DNA from: Myxococcota bacterium
GTDB lineage: Bacteria > Myxococcota_A > UBA9160 > UBA4427
NCBI GenBank assembly: GCA_965250285.1
Contig: OZ252299.1
Span: 1,120,001-1,184,000, forward strand
Length of the DNA: 64,000 nt
Direction: 5' to 3'
The translations under genes were made by a program, and so were the position numbers. Within the stretch, counting starts at the first letter, position 1; each line of letters starts with the position of its first letter. The notes below the pieces were generated by a model. The model was not told the origin of the DNA and did not search any database. It saw only the letters and a program-made list of their open reading frames with translations. Positions 1-9,971 of this stretch are shown piece by piece.

Positions 1-591
1 ACGCGCGACATGGTCAAGCCGCTGCTCGAGGTGCTGGCCGGCGTGCCGACCGTCGTCTACGGCGTCTTCGCGGCGTTGACCATCGCTCCAGCGATTCGCG
101 GGATGGGCGAGGACATCGGGCTCGCCGTGTCGAGCGAGAGTGCACTCGCGGCCGGGCTCGTGATGGGCGTGATGATCATCCCGTTCGTCTCTTCGCTCTC
201 GGACGATGCGATCACCGCGGTGCCGCGTTCACTGCGCGAGGGTTCGCTCGGCCTCGGAGCCACGCCGTCGGAGACGATTCGACTTGTGCTGCTGCCCGCT
301 GCGCTGCCGGGGATCGCTGGCGCCGTGCTGCTGGCCGTTTCGCGCGCGGTCGGCGAGACGATGATCGTGGTCATGGCCGCCGGCCTCGCCGCCAACCTGA
401 CCGCGAATCCGTTCGCAGCGGTGACGACCGTGACTGCGCAGATCGTGACGTTGCTCGTCGGTGATCAGGAGTTCGAGAGCGCCAAGACCCTCGCGGCCTT
501 CGCCCTCGGTCTGACGCTCTTCGTCGTGACGCTCGCGCTCAACGTGGTCGCGCTGGTCACCGTTCGGAAGTACCGGGAGCAGTATGAGTAG
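1..591 (+). CDS. pstC: Phosphate ABC transporter permease PstC (5' truncated by window)
   Basis: LAGVPTVVYG, EAA-like loop, SRAVGETMIVVMAAG motif; overlaps pstA start. Confidence 0.95.
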   Translation, partial: TRDMVKPLLEVLAGVPTVVYGVFAALTIAPAIRGMGEDIGLAVSSESALAAGLVMGVMIIPFVSSLSDDAITAVPRSLREGSLGLGATPSETIRLVLLPAALPGIAGAVLLAVSRAVGETMIVVMAAGLAANLTANPFAAVTTVTAQIVTLLVGDQEFESAKTLAAFALGLTLFVVTLALNVVALVTVRKYREQYE

Positions 592-1876
592 CGGCGGCGA
601 GTTCGATCGGGCCGCGTTCCAGAAGCGGCTGGCACGGCGGCACCGCAACGAGGCGCTGTTTCGCTTCGCGGGGCTGTCGGCCATCGGGGCGGCCCTGGCC
701 ATGCTCGTGCTGCTGCTCGGATCGGTGTTGATCCAGGGGCTGCCCGCCTTCAAGACCCACGATGTGCGCCTCGAGCTCGATCTCGCCCCCGACCTGGTGG
801 ACCCGAACGGTGATGCGTCGCGCGCTTCGATCCGAGCCGGCAACTACGCGGCGGTGGTCAAGAAGGCGCTCTACGCCGAGTTCCCCGAAGTGAAGGGGCG
901 CACCGCCAAGCGCAAGCTTTCGGCGCTGATGAGCCGGGGCGCGGCGTACGACGTGCAGGATGCCGTGCTGGCCGACCCCAGCCTGATCGGTCGCACGGTG
1001 TCGTTCGATCTACCGCTCTCCGCCGACGCCGCCCTGTATCTGAACGGGCACATTCGCCGCGACGTCGACGCGGCCCAGCGCCGACTGAACGATGCCCAGC
1101 TCGATGAGCTCGATCACCTGAAGGCGGCCGGCCAGATCAGGACGCGCTTCGCCGTCGAGTTCCTGACCGCCGGCGACAGTCGCGAGCCCGAGCTCGCGGG
1201 CGTCGGGGGCGCGCTCTGGGGCTCGCTCTACACGCTGGCCGTCACGCTCCTGTTGAGCTTTCCCGTCGGTGTTGCCGCGGCCATCTACCTGCAGGAGTTC
1301 GCCTCGCAGAACCGGGTGACCGACTTCATCGAGGTCAACATCAACAACCTCGCAGCCGTGCCGTCGATCGTATACGGCCTGCTCGGTCTGGCCGTTTTCC
1401 TCGGCTTCTTCGGCATGACGCGTTCTGCGCCGGTCGTGGGCGGGATGGTGCTCTCGCTGATGACGTTGCCGACGATCATCATCGCCACTCGGGCCTCGCT
1501 GCTCGCAGTGCCCCCCTCGCTTCGCGAAGCCGCGATGGGGGTTGGGGCCTCGCCCGTGCAGGTGGTGTTCCACCACGTGCTACCCATGGCACTGCCGGGC
1601 ATTCTGACCGGCACGATCATCGGTATGGCTCGCGCGCTCGGCGAGACGGCACCCCTGCTCATGATCGGCATGGTCGCGTTCGTCGCCGACGTGCCCTCGT
1701 CGTGGACCGACCCGTCCACCGTGTTGCCCGTGCAAATCTTCCTCTGGTTCGACGCGCCCGAGCGCGCCTTCGCCGAGAAGACGTCCGGGGCCATCATCGT
1801 GCTGCTCGGTTTCCTCTTCGTGATGAACGGTGCCGCCGTCTGGTTGCGCCGCCGCTTCGAGCGTCCGGTTGCCTGA
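584..1876 (+). CDS. pstA: Phosphate ABC transporter permease PstA with long N-terminal extracytoplasmic domain
   Basis: [28 protein letters not shown] motifs; between pstC and pstB. Confidence 0.95.
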   Translation: MSSGGEFDRAAFQKRLARRHRNEALFRFAGLSAIGAALAMLVLLLGSVLIQGLPAFKTHDVRLELDLAPDLVDPNGDASRASIRAGNYAAVVKKALYAEFPEVKGRTAKRKLSALMSRGAAYDVQDAVLADPSLIGRTVSFDLPLSADAALYLNGHIRRDVDAAQRRLNDAQLDELDHLKAAGQIRTRFAVEFLTAGDSREPELAGVGGALWGSLYTLAVTLLLSFPVGVAAAIYLQEFASQNRVTDFIEVNINNLAAVPSIVYGLLGLAVFLGFFGMTRSAPVVGGMVLSLMTLPTIIIATRASLLAVPPSLREAAMGVGASPVQVVFHHVLPMALPGILTGTIIGMARALGETAPLLMIGMVAFVADVPSSWTDPSTVLPVQIFLWFDAPERAFAEKTSGAIIVLLGFLFVMNGAAVWLRRRFERPVA

Positions 1877-1914
1877 CTTCGGCTCTTCGAACCCGCACTT
1901 CATGGAGCTCGCCC

Positions 1915-2706
1915 ATGTCCCCGGAGATCGTCGTGGATGATCGCCAGTCAAAGATCCGCATCTCGACGCAGAAGCTGAGCGTCTTCTACGGCGAGAACCA
2001 GGCGCTGAAAGAGGTCGATCTCGACATCGTCTCGAACTCGGTCACGTCGCTGATCGGACCGTCGGGGTGTGGCAAGTCGACGTTCCTGCGCTGTCTGAAT
2101 CGCATGAACGATGTCGTGCCCGACTGTCGAGTCGAGGGCCAGGTCACGCTCGACGGCGAAGACATCTACCGCGAGGGGCTCGACCCGGTCGAGCTGCGCG
2201 CACGCGTCGGCATGGTGTTCCAAAAACCGAACCCGTTCCCGAAGTCGATCTACGACAACGTCGCGTACGGACCCAAGATTCACGGGCTCGTCGAATCGAA
2301 GGCGCACCTCGATTCGCTGGTTCACTCGTGTCTCGAGCGCGTCGGTCTCCTCTCCGAGGTCGAAGATCGGCTGTCTGAGCCGGGGACAGGTCTCTCGGGC
2401 GGGCAGCAGCAGAGACTCTGTATCGCCCGCGCCATTGCGGTGAACCCCGAGGTGATCCTGATGGACGAGCCGTGCTCGGCCCTCGATCCGATCGCCACGG
2501 CTCGCGTCGAAGAGCTGATCGACGACTTGCGATCCAGCTACACGATCGTGATCGTGACCCATTCGATGCAGCAGGCCGCGCGCATCTCGCAGCGCACGGC
2601 GTTCTTCCATCTCGGCAAGATCGTCGAGGTCGGGGATACCGAGCAGGTGTTTACGAGCCCGCGTGACGCGCGCACCGAGGACTACATCTCCGGCCGCTTC
2701 GGGTGA
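1915..2706 (+). CDS. pstB: Phosphate ABC transporter ATP-binding protein
   Basis: [44 protein letters not shown], ends YISGRFG; GGAG RBS before ATG 1915. Confidence 0.97.
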   Translation: MSPEIVVDDRQSKIRISTQKLSVFYGENQALKEVDLDIVSNSVTSLIGPSGCGKSTFLRCLNRMNDVVPDCRVEGQVTLDGEDIYREGLDPVELRARVGMVFQKPNPFPKSIYDNVAYGPKIHGLVESKAHLDSLVHSCLERVGLLSEVEDRLSEPGTGLSGGQQQRLCIARAIAVNPEVILMDEPCSALDPIATARVEELIDDLRSSYTIVIVTHSMQQAARISQRTAFFHLGKIVEVGDTEQVFTSPRDARTEDYISGRFG

Positions 2707-2859
2707 TCCGGGCGCCCTTGCCCGGAATCCCTAGAATCGACCCTTCGCGATCGACGGCCGAGCGGGCCGTCGGCCGGGGGAGGCGGCGCGTTGCGCTCGA
2801 CGCGCAGGGGTTTCGTTGACGTACGCGAACACGCAGGCCCCGCGCCGAAGTGAGACGTC

Positions 2860-3897
2860 ATGAGCGATGACGCTGCTCTGCTCGACGCCGAAGATCGGCC
2901 CGCCCCGCGCGGCCGCATCGCGCTCGCGCTCGGCAGCGGCGCCGCGAAGGGCTGGGCGCACATCGGCGTCATCCGCGCCCTCGAGGCCCGCGGCGTTCGA
3001 CCCGAAGTGATCTGCGGGACGTCGATGGGCGCCATCGTCGGCGCGGCGTATGCCGCCGACCAGCTCGACGAATTCGAAGAGTGGGCCGGAAGCCTCGAGT
3101 GGACGAGCGTGGTGAGCTTTCTCGACCTCGCGATGCGAGGGGGACTCATCAAGGCGCAGCGCCTGTTCGAGTTCTTCGCCGAGCAGCTGCCCGAAGCGCG
3201 CATCGAAGATCTGCCGCGTCCCTTCGCCGCCATCGGCACCGACCTCGCGACGGGCCAGGAGGTCTGGATGCGAGAGGGCTCGCTGGTCGACGCCCTGCGC
3301 GCGACGATCGCATTGCCGGGCTTGATCACCCCGTCGCGCTGGCAGGATCGTTGGATGGTCGACGGCGGGCTCGTGAACCCCGTGCCGGTCTCGCTCGCGC
3401 GGGCGCTCGGCGCCGACTTCGTGATCGCGGTCGATCTCAACACGACGCTGCTCGGACGCCGCCTGAACGAAGAGGCGCCTGCTGAGGGCGAACGCGAAGC
3501 CGCCGACGAAGCCGAAGCGGCGGAGGCGGCGCTCGCCGAATGGGAGGGGTCGGGTGGGGCCGAAGGCGAGCGCGAAGCCGCCGCGTTCGGCATGGACTTC
3601 GCCGATCGGCTGAACGTCGCGTTTCGCGAGATCGCCAACGAGTGGCGCGAGCGCTTCGGCTCCGAAGCCCCGCCGCGCGCCGACATGCCGAGCCTCTACG
3701 ACGTGCTCGCCAATTCGATCAACATCATGCAGATGCGGATCGGCCGAAGCCGCATGGCCGGCGACCCGCCCGAGCTGCTGATCACCCCGCGGCTCCACGA
3801 CTTCGGGGTGCTCGATTTCGACCGCAGTGCCGAGGCGATCGAGGAGGGCGCGCGCGCGGTCGAGCGGGCCTGGGCCGCCGGCTTCTCGACCCGCTGA
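2860..3897 (+). CDS. Patatin-like phospholipase (RssA-like)
   Basis: GSGAAKGWAHIG, GTSMG nucleophile elbow, DGG motif. Confidence 0.9.
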   Translation: MSDDAALLDAEDRPAPRGRIALALGSGAAKGWAHIGVIRALEARGVRPEVICGTSMGAIVGAAYAADQLDEFEEWAGSLEWTSVVSFLDLAMRGGLIKAQRLFEFFAEQLPEARIEDLPRPFAAIGTDLATGQEVWMREGSLVDALRATIALPGLITPSRWQDRWMVDGGLVNPVPVSLARALGADFVIAVDLNTTLLGRRLNEEAPAEGEREAADEAEAAEAALAEWEGSGGAEGEREAAAFGMDFADRLNVAFREIANEWRERFGSEAPPRADMPSLYDVLANSINIMQMRIGRSRMAGDPPELLITPRLHDFGVLDFDRSAEAIEEGARAVERAWAAGFSTR

Positions 3898-3965
3898 GGG
3901 CGCCTGGGCGCCGCGATCAGCCGATGCGCTCGGGCCGCCTGGGCGCCGCAATTTCCCGATCCGCC
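3868..3965. repeat. Degenerate ~35-bp triple tandem repeat spanning the patatin stop codon
   Basis: gcctggg(c/g) units begin at 3868, 3902 and 3937. Confidence 0.5.
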
Positions 3966-4033
3966 GCCCTTCACAGGGTGCCTTCGCTGCCTACACTTCG
4001 AGCGTCACGGCCCGGGGTCGTGAGGAGGACGCC

Positions 4034-4936
4034 ATGACAGCCGATGCTCGAACCCTCGTCGTCGCCACCGACTTCTCGCCGACCGCCGCGGTCGCCCTCG
4101 ATCGGGCCTGCGAGCTCGCGCTCGTTCGGGGCGACAAGCTCGTCCTCACCCACGCGGTCTCGATCGAGCCGGTGCCGATGGCCGGCCCCGAGCTGCTGGT
4201 GCTCCCGGTCGACTACGAATCGAAGATCCACGAGGCTTCGGAGACGGCGCTGCAGAAGCTCGTCGACGAGGTGAAGCAGAAGGGCGTCGACGTGAGCGGG
4301 TCGCTCGCCGTCGGGCCGCCGGTGGACGTCGTGCTCGAGTCGGCGAAGGAGCACGATGCCGCGATGATCGTGCTCGGCACCAAGGGCATGTCGGGCTTCA
4401 AGCACCTGCTCCTCGGCAGCGTGGCCGAGGCGGTCGTCCGCAAGGCGCACGTCCCCGTGCTGACCGTCCACCCCGGCGCCGACAAGCCGCTCTCGTCGAT
4501 CGACCACGTCATCGTGCCGACCGACTTCTCCGACCAGGCGGCCCACGTGCTCGAGCACCTGAGCGACGTGCTCGCGGCGGACAAGAAGCCCAAGCTCACG
4601 CTGGTGCACGTCTATCAGCTGCCGGTGATCGTCGCGCCGCTCGTCGGGCTCGCGCCCGAGATGCCGACCCTCGCTGAGGATGCGCGCGAGGAGGCCCACA
4701 AGGCCCTAGATCCGCTGGCCGAGCGATTGCGTGCGCAGGGCTTCGAGGTCGAGGTGATCGGACGCGAGGGCGATCCGGCCACGGTGATCAGCGAGATGAC
4801 CGAGACGCCGGGCGCCGACCTCGTCGTGATGTCGACGCGGGGCCTCTCGAAGCTCGAGCAGATCCTGCTCGGCAGCACCACGGAGCGCGTGGTCCAGCAC
4901 GCCCACTGTCCGGTGCTGACGCTCCGCAGGGCCTGA
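4034..4936 (+). CDS. Universal stress protein (two USP domains)
   Basis: VVATDFS / IVPTDFS and two LLGS..E.VV..A..PVL motifs; GAGGAGG RBS. Confidence 0.93.
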   Translation: MTADARTLVVATDFSPTAAVALDRACELALVRGDKLVLTHAVSIEPVPMAGPELLVLPVDYESKIHEASETALQKLVDEVKQKGVDVSGSLAVGPPVDVVLESAKEHDAAMIVLGTKGMSGFKHLLLGSVAEAVVRKAHVPVLTVHPGADKPLSSIDHVIVPTDFSDQAAHVLEHLSDVLAADKKPKLTLVHVYQLPVIVAPLVGLAPEMPTLAEDAREEAHKALDPLAERLRAQGFEVEVIGREGDPATVISEMTETPGADLVVMSTRGLSKLEQILLGSTTERVVQHAHCPVLTLRRA

Positions 4937-4958
4937 GCGCGTTCGGCCGAACGCGCTC
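4935..4958. terminator. Perfect 24-bp palindrome between convergent genes (possible terminator hairpin)
   Basis: gagcgcgttcgg-ccgaacgcgctc; no U-tract. Confidence 0.45.
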
Positions 4959-5036
4959 CGATCTGCCAGGGGCCAGACGTCGAGCCGGTCGCGCCCCGAT
5001 CTGCCCGGGGCTAGACGTCGAGCCGGTCGCGCCCCG
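4958..5036. repeat. 38-bp tandem duplication containing the 3' end of the holin-like gene
   Basis: ccgatctgcc(a/c)ggggc(c/t)agacgtcgagccggtcgcgcc twice, 2 mismatches. Confidence 0.9.
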
Positions 5037-5427
5037 GGCCGGGGCCGGGCTGCGGCCCCGCGACGATGACTTCGACGTGGCCCTTCGGCCCGATGAACAT
5101 GTTCCCGATGAACGCCACCGCGCCGATGATCAGCGAGCCCATCATCGCGGTGCCGAGGCCCGCGACGTACACGTCGGGCATCAGCCAGCCGACGAGCATG
5201 AGCATCGCTCCGTTGATCACCCACAGGAACAGGCCCATCGTGAAGATGGTGGCGGGCAGCGTGAACAGGATCGCGATCGGGCGGACGACCGCGTTCACGA
5301 AGCCGAGCACGAGCGCAGCGAGAAAGAACTCGGCGGCGCCGCCGCTCACGTGGATGCCGTCGAGCAGCCCCTCCGCGGCGAAGAGCCCCACGACGTTCAA
5401 TGCCCAGCGAATGATGATGCCCTGCAT
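5011..5427 (-). CDS. Four-TM 'phage holin family' (YvlD-like) membrane protein
   Basis: ALVLGFVNAVVRPI..FTLP..IFTMGLFLWVING motif. Confidence 0.85.
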   Translation of the reverse strand: MQGIIIRWALNVVGLFAAEGLLDGIHVSGGAAEFFLAALVLGFVNAVVRPIAILFTLPATIFTMGLFLWVINGAMLMLVGWLMPDVYVAGLGTAMMGSLIIGAVAFIGNMFIGPKGHVEVIVAGPQPGPGPGRDRLDV

Positions 5428-5490
5428 GACGGTCTTCCTCTCATGGGACGCATGCCGACACGGGCGGACGCGTCTTCGTCGCTCGCCCTC

Positions 5491-5567
5491 GCTGCGAACG
5501 GGCCCCGTCGTCGTTCGACGCGCGCTGCGCACGGGCCCCGTCGTTGTTCGACGCGTGCTGCGCACGG
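5491..5567. repeat. 33-bp intergenic tandem repeat (~2.3 copies)
   Basis: gctgcg(a/c)acgggccccgtcgt(c/t)gttcgacgcg(c/t) at 5491 and 5524, partial copy at 5557. Confidence 0.85.
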
Positions 5568-5586
5568 CGGTTGCGTCGCCGGACGC

Positions 5587-6636
5587 TCAGTCTGACACAG
5601 GCGCGTCCGCGCGGCCGGGGACGAGCACGGCGGCGCCCTCGAAGCGCCCGCCCCGCAGATCGTCGAGCGCCTGCTGAGCGTCCTCGAGGGCATAGCGATG
5701 CGTGTGCGTCTCGATCCGGGTGCGTCCGGCGCGCTCGAGGAAGCGCGTCGCGTCCTGGCGCGTGAGATGCGCGACCGATGCGACCTCGCGCTCCTCGAAG
5801 AGCCGGGCGTAGGGAAACGACGGGATGTCGCTCATGTGAATCCCCGCGCAGACCACCCGTCCGCCGGGCCGCACGTCGGCGAGCGCCTTCGGCACGAGTG
5901 CGCCGACGGGCGCGAAGAGGATCGCCGCATCGAGGGGCTCGGGCGCCGGCTCGTCGGAGCCGCCGGCCCAAGCGGCGCCCAGGTCGCGCGCGAAGCGCTG
6001 CCCGGATGCGTCGCCGGGTCGCGTGAACGCCACGATCTCACGACCGTCGTCGCGGGCGACCTGGGCGACGATGTGGGCGGCCGCGCCGAAGCCGTAGAGG
6101 CCGAGCCTGCGAACGTCGCCGGCCCGCTCGAGGGCGCGGTGCCCGATCAGCCCGGCGCAGAGCAAGGGCGCCGCCGAGACGTCGTCGTAGCCGCTCGGCA
6201 GCGCGAAGGCGTGATCGGCCCAGGCCACCGCGTACTCGGCGTAGCCCCCGTCGACGTGGTGTCCGCGAAAGCGTGCGCTCGGGCAGAGGTTCTCCTGGCC
6301 TCGCCGGCACGCATCGCAGGCGCCGCAGACCCAGGCGAGCCAGGGCAGGCCGACGCGGTCACCGAGCGCGTGCCGCTCGACGCCCTCGCCGAGCGCGACG
6401 ACCACCCCCACCGCCTCGTGCCCGGGCACGATCGGCGAGGCCGAGCCGTCGAGCTCGCCATCGACGACGTGCAGGTCGGTGCGACACACGCCACAGGCGC
6501 GGATCTCGACGAGCACCTGGCCGGGGCGAGGCTCGGGGATCGGCACCCGTTCGAGCGTGACGTGACCGTCCCCCGCGCCGTGGTGGCGTTGGGCCCACAT
6601 GCGGGCGTCGTCGTGCTTCGCTTGGGATTCGTCCAT
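5587..6636 (-). CDS. Zinc-dependent alcohol dehydrogenase (propanol-preferring type)
   Basis: CGVCRTDLH, GHE, CGACDACRRGQENLC, GLYGFGAAAH; start may be 6600. Confidence 0.93.
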   Translation of the reverse strand: MDESQAKHDDARMWAQRHHGAGDGHVTLERVPIPEPRPGQVLVEIRACGVCRTDLHVVDGELDGSASPIVPGHEAVGVVVALGEGVERHALGDRVGLPWLAWVCGACDACRRGQENLCPSARFRGHHVDGGYAEYAVAWADHAFALPSGYDDVSAAPLLCAGLIGHRALERAGDVRRLGLYGFGAAAHIVAQVARDDGREIVAFTRPGDASGQRFARDLGAAWAGGSDEPAPEPLDAAILFAPVGALVPKALADVRPGGRVVCAGIHMSDIPSFPYARLFEEREVASVAHLTRQDATRFLERAGRTRIETHTHRYALEDAQQALDDLRGGRFEGAAVLVPGRADAPVSD

Positions 6637-6760
6637 CGATCCGCCCGATGCTCACTCGTCGCGGCCGAGCGTGCACGTCGGGCCCGACCGGTGTGGGCGA
6701 TGCCGCCGCGCTGTCTCGGCGACGCCGCCCGCGCGATTCAAGCGCCGCTTCGCGCCACGA

Positions 6761-7432
6761 TCATCCGAGCCGGGCCAGCGCCGCGAAGCCCGTCGACCAG
6801 TCGGGGCCGATCGATTCGGCACCGGGTGCATCGCGGGCGACGTGCCACCAGGTCGGTCGGAAGCCGCCGTCGTCGAGCATCCACAGGCGCTGGGCCCGCG
6901 CAGCGAAGCTCGCGACGTAGTCGCGCGGCTTGATCTCGCCGATGAAGCGCCAGAGCGAGGGATCGCATTCGTCAGGCACGTCGCCCCGCGGCCGCAGGCG
7001 CTCGGGGGGGCGGTCGAAGTCGGGCTCGCCGTCGTTTTCCCCCAGACCGGCGCCCGGGCCCAGGAGTGCGCCGCGCACGAGCTCGGCCCGGGCGCCCGCG
7101 AGTAGCAGCGCCACGTAGGCCCCGAGCCCGGCGCCCGCGATCACGAGGCCTGCGGCTTCGCCGTGCCGGGCGGCGACCGACGACAGCGCGGCGTCGGCGT
7201 CGGCGACGAAGAGCTCGGGCGTATAGCCGCCGCCTCGCACGTGTCCCGAGGCGCCGTGGCCCGAGAAGTCGAGCGCATGGACCGGGCCGGCCCACGCGAT
7301 CTCGCTCGACCAATCGACGGTCGAGCCGTGGAGCGCGTGCAGCAGCAGCAACGGCGTGCCCGGGCCATCGGCGAGATGGTGACACGCCAGGTCGACGCGG
7401 GCGTTCTTCACGGTGTGCGTTTCGAGCGGCAA
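6761..7432 (-). CDS. Short alpha/beta-hydrolase-fold protein lacking the nucleophile serine
   Basis: LLLLHALHG, ALDFSGHGAS; elbow reads GAGLG; TTG start. Confidence 0.8.
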   Translation of the reverse strand: MPLETHTVKNARVDLACHHLADGPGTPLLLLHALHGSTVDWSSEIAWAGPVHALDFSGHGASGHVRGGGYTPELFVADADAALSSVAARHGEAAGLVIAGAGLGAYVALLLAGARAELVRGALLGPGAGLGENDGEPDFDRPPERLRPRGDVPDECDPSLWRFIGEIKPRDYVASFAARAQRLWMLDDGGFRPTWWHVARDAPGAESIGPDWSTGFAALARLG

Positions 7433-7459
7433 GGGCGTCTCCCAGCGGGCGCGATCGAT

Positions 7460-8401
7460 TCAGGCTTCGAGGAAGTCGAGGATCAGCTCGGCGGTGGCAC
7501 CGGGCTGCTCGATGGCCATGAAGTGTCCGGCGTCGGGCACGACGGCGCGCTCGACGTCGGGGAAGTGGGCCAGGCGGTCGCTCAGCACGGGCTCGGGCAG
7601 GGGGCCCCACGTGTCGGGTTCGCCCCCGATCACGGCCAGCACCGGCACCGGGACATGTCGCCACATCGGCGCGATCCAGTCGGGTCGGAACGGGCCGAAC
7701 CCTGCGCCCGCCATCGGGTCGGACTTCCAGCGCCAGCCATCCGGGTCGCGACGCGCGCCGAAGTGCGAGAAGTAGGCGAGCCACTCGCGGCTGAGTCGCG
7801 GGTTCTGGTGCTTTCGCCGATCGATCAGCGCCTCGACGTCGGCGTAGGGGCGCCAGTCGCTGCGGGTCGCCAGCGTGCGACGTCGGTCGAGGTACTGCTC
7901 CATGCGTTCGGCCACGCTCAGGTGGATCGGCATCGGCTCTCGGCCGGGCGGCGTGAAGCCCTCGTCCGGCGGCCCGAAACCGTCGAGGTTGACCAGCTGG
8001 CGGACGCGCCCTTCGGCGAGCATCGTCGTGTCGGTGGCCTGGCCGCCTCCCTTGCTGTGGCCGACGAGGTGGACGGGCTGGCCGATCCAGTCGATGACGG
8101 TCAGCACGTCGTCGATGTCGTCGGGCCAGCGGTATGCGTCGACCCAGCTGCTGTCACCGTGTCCGCGCGCGTCCATCGCGATCACCCGAAACCGATCGGC
8201 GAGCAGCGGCGCGAGCAGGTCGAAGCAGTGGGCGTGATCCCACATGCCGTGCGTGCAGAGTACGGGCTGGGCTTCGGGATCGCCCCACTCGATGACGTGC
8301 AGGCGCACGCCGTGGCCGTCGACGAAGGCTTCGCGCTCGGGCAGCACGGCGCCGTCGAGGGGCGGCGGGGCGTCGCTGCGGGCTGCGTCTTGCTCTCTCA
8401 C
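7460..8401 (-). CDS. Alpha/beta hydrolase
   Basis: HG oxyanion, DARGHGDS, GHSKGG nucleophile, AGHF catalytic His. Confidence 0.9.
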   Translation of the reverse strand: MREQDAARSDAPPPLDGAVLPEREAFVDGHGVRLHVIEWGDPEAQPVLCTHGMWDHAHCFDLLAPLLADRFRVIAMDARGHGDSSWVDAYRWPDDIDDVLTVIDWIGQPVHLVGHSKGGGQATDTTMLAEGRVRQLVNLDGFGPPDEGFTPPGREPMPIHLSVAERMEQYLDRRRTLATRSDWRPYADVEALIDRRKHQNPRLSREWLAYFSHFGARRDPDGWRWKSDPMAGAGFGPFRPDWIAPMWRHVPVPVLAVIGGEPDTWGPLPEPVLSDRLAHFPDVERAVVPDAGHFMAIEQPGATAELILDFLEA

Positions 8402-8438
8402 GTTCTCTCCCCTCTGCGCGGGCGCGAGTCGGTCGGGT

Positions 8439-9728
8439 TCAGTGCGTTCGGGCGAGGTCGCGCGCACGCAGCGCGAGGCCGCTCGCGACCGAGACCAGCT
8501 CTTCGCCCCCTCGCACCTTCTCGGGGCCGAAGCGTTCGGTGAAGATGCGGCGGACCGCCGGCACGAAGCTCGAGCCGCCCGTCATGAAGACCCGGTCGAC
8601 GCGCGACGGGTCGGTGCCGGTTTCGGCGAAGAGGCCGTCGAGGCAACGCTCGATGCCCGAGAGCTCGTCTTCGATCCAGGCCTCGAACTCGGTGCGTTCG
8701 ACGCGCGCCTCGATGTGCACCGGGTCGTCGTGAAAGACGAACGTGGCGGTCTCGTCCTGCGAGAGTGCCGACTTCGTCGTCTCGACCGACCGGTACAGGG
8801 CGTGCCCGAGGTCGGCTTCGATCACGTGGATCAGGGCCTCGATCTTCTCGGGCTCCTGTGCCCCGTCGAGGGCTTCGAGCAGGAAGCCCATCGTCTTGCG
8901 GCTCTTCAGGAACGACAGATGGTGCCAGCGCTCGAGGTCGCGGTAGATCCAGTTCGGCAGCGGCACGGCGTTGCCCATGAACACCTGGTGGAGCGACCCC
9001 TTGCCGAGGCGCTCGGCGATCACGTGCCGCACGATCTTCGCGTCGAACGCGTCGCCGGCGATCGCCACGCCGGCAGTGCCGATGATGTCGTCGGCGTCGC
9101 GCGCCCGACCGCGATGTGAGGGGCCGACGGGCAGCAGGCAGAAGTCGCTCGTACCGCCGCCGAAATCGGCGATCAGCACGAGCTCGTCGCGGTCGAGGCT
9201 CTGCTCGTAGTGATGTGCGGCCGCGACCGGCTCGTACTCGAAGACGGGCTCGGGCAGGCCGGCCTCCCAGAGCGCCGCCTCGAGGCGCGAGACGGCACGG
9301 CGGTCGTCCTGCTCGTCATCGGCCTTCGCGAAGCGCACGGGGCGACCGACGACGATCGGCCCCTCGATCGCCCCGAGCTGCTCGGCCGACTGGTCGCGCA
9401 GCGGGCGCACCAGCTCGCCGATCAGGTCTTCGAGGGTGCAGGTGCGGCCCATGACGTTCGTCGACTTGAAGAGGCGGCTCGCGAGGAACGACTTCAGACT
9501 CTGGACGAGCCGGCGCTCGTGCTCGCAGTGCAGGTAGCGCTCGATGGCGTCCGGCCCGGCGGCGCTGTGCACGGGGCCTTCGTCTTCGTCGCGGCCGAAG
9601 AAGAGCACCGAGCGGAAGGTCGGCTCGTGGGCGGCGCCGAAGCGAGCGAGGCGCACCTCGCCGCTGTCGCTGGCCCACGCCATCGCGCTGTTCGTCGTTC
9701 CGAAGTCGAGCCCGAAGCCGGCGGACAT
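8439..9728 (-). CDS. Hsp70-family protein (YegD-like, ATPase domain only)
   Basis: GLDFGTTNS, YEPVAAA, IADFGGGTSD, MTGGSSFVP. Confidence 0.9.
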   Translation of the reverse strand: MSAGFGLDFGTTNSAMAWASDSGEVRLARFGAAHEPTFRSVLFFGRDEDEGPVHSAAGPDAIERYLHCEHERRLVQSLKSFLASRLFKSTNVMGRTCTLEDLIGELVRPLRDQSAEQLGAIEGPIVVGRPVRFAKADDEQDDRRAVSRLEAALWEAGLPEPVFEYEPVAAAHHYEQSLDRDELVLIADFGGGTSDFCLLPVGPSHRGRARDADDIIGTAGVAIAGDAFDAKIVRHVIAERLGKGSLHQVFMGNAVPLPNWIYRDLERWHHLSFLKSRKTMGFLLEALDGAQEPEKIEALIHVIEADLGHALYRSVETTKSALSQDETATFVFHDDPVHIEARVERTEFEAWIEDELSGIERCLDGLFAETGTDPSRVDRVFMTGGSSFVPAVRRIFTERFGPEKVRGGEELVSVASGLALRARDLARTH

Positions 9729-9971
9729 GGTGGCGTCGCCTCCCATCGCTCCAACGACGAAAGCCCGACTCCGTCGCCAGACACCCCCTCCGGCGCGGAC
9801 GGGGACGTCCAGGGACGTCACGGGCGCGTGGAGCGGCTGCAGGGTCGCAGTCGGGTCTTCGGTTCGTTGGAAGGCCGGGAGAGTGCGAAAACTCGAGTCG
9901 GGTCGCAAGGGCTCGCCCAAGCCAGACGCGAGAATGTGTCGCGCCGGACCGGTCGGGCCGGGGGGCGCGGG

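Noticed and set aside
5011..5427. Holin as evidence of a prophage
   Set aside because: This family is commonly chromosomal, and no endolysin or phage genes are nearby
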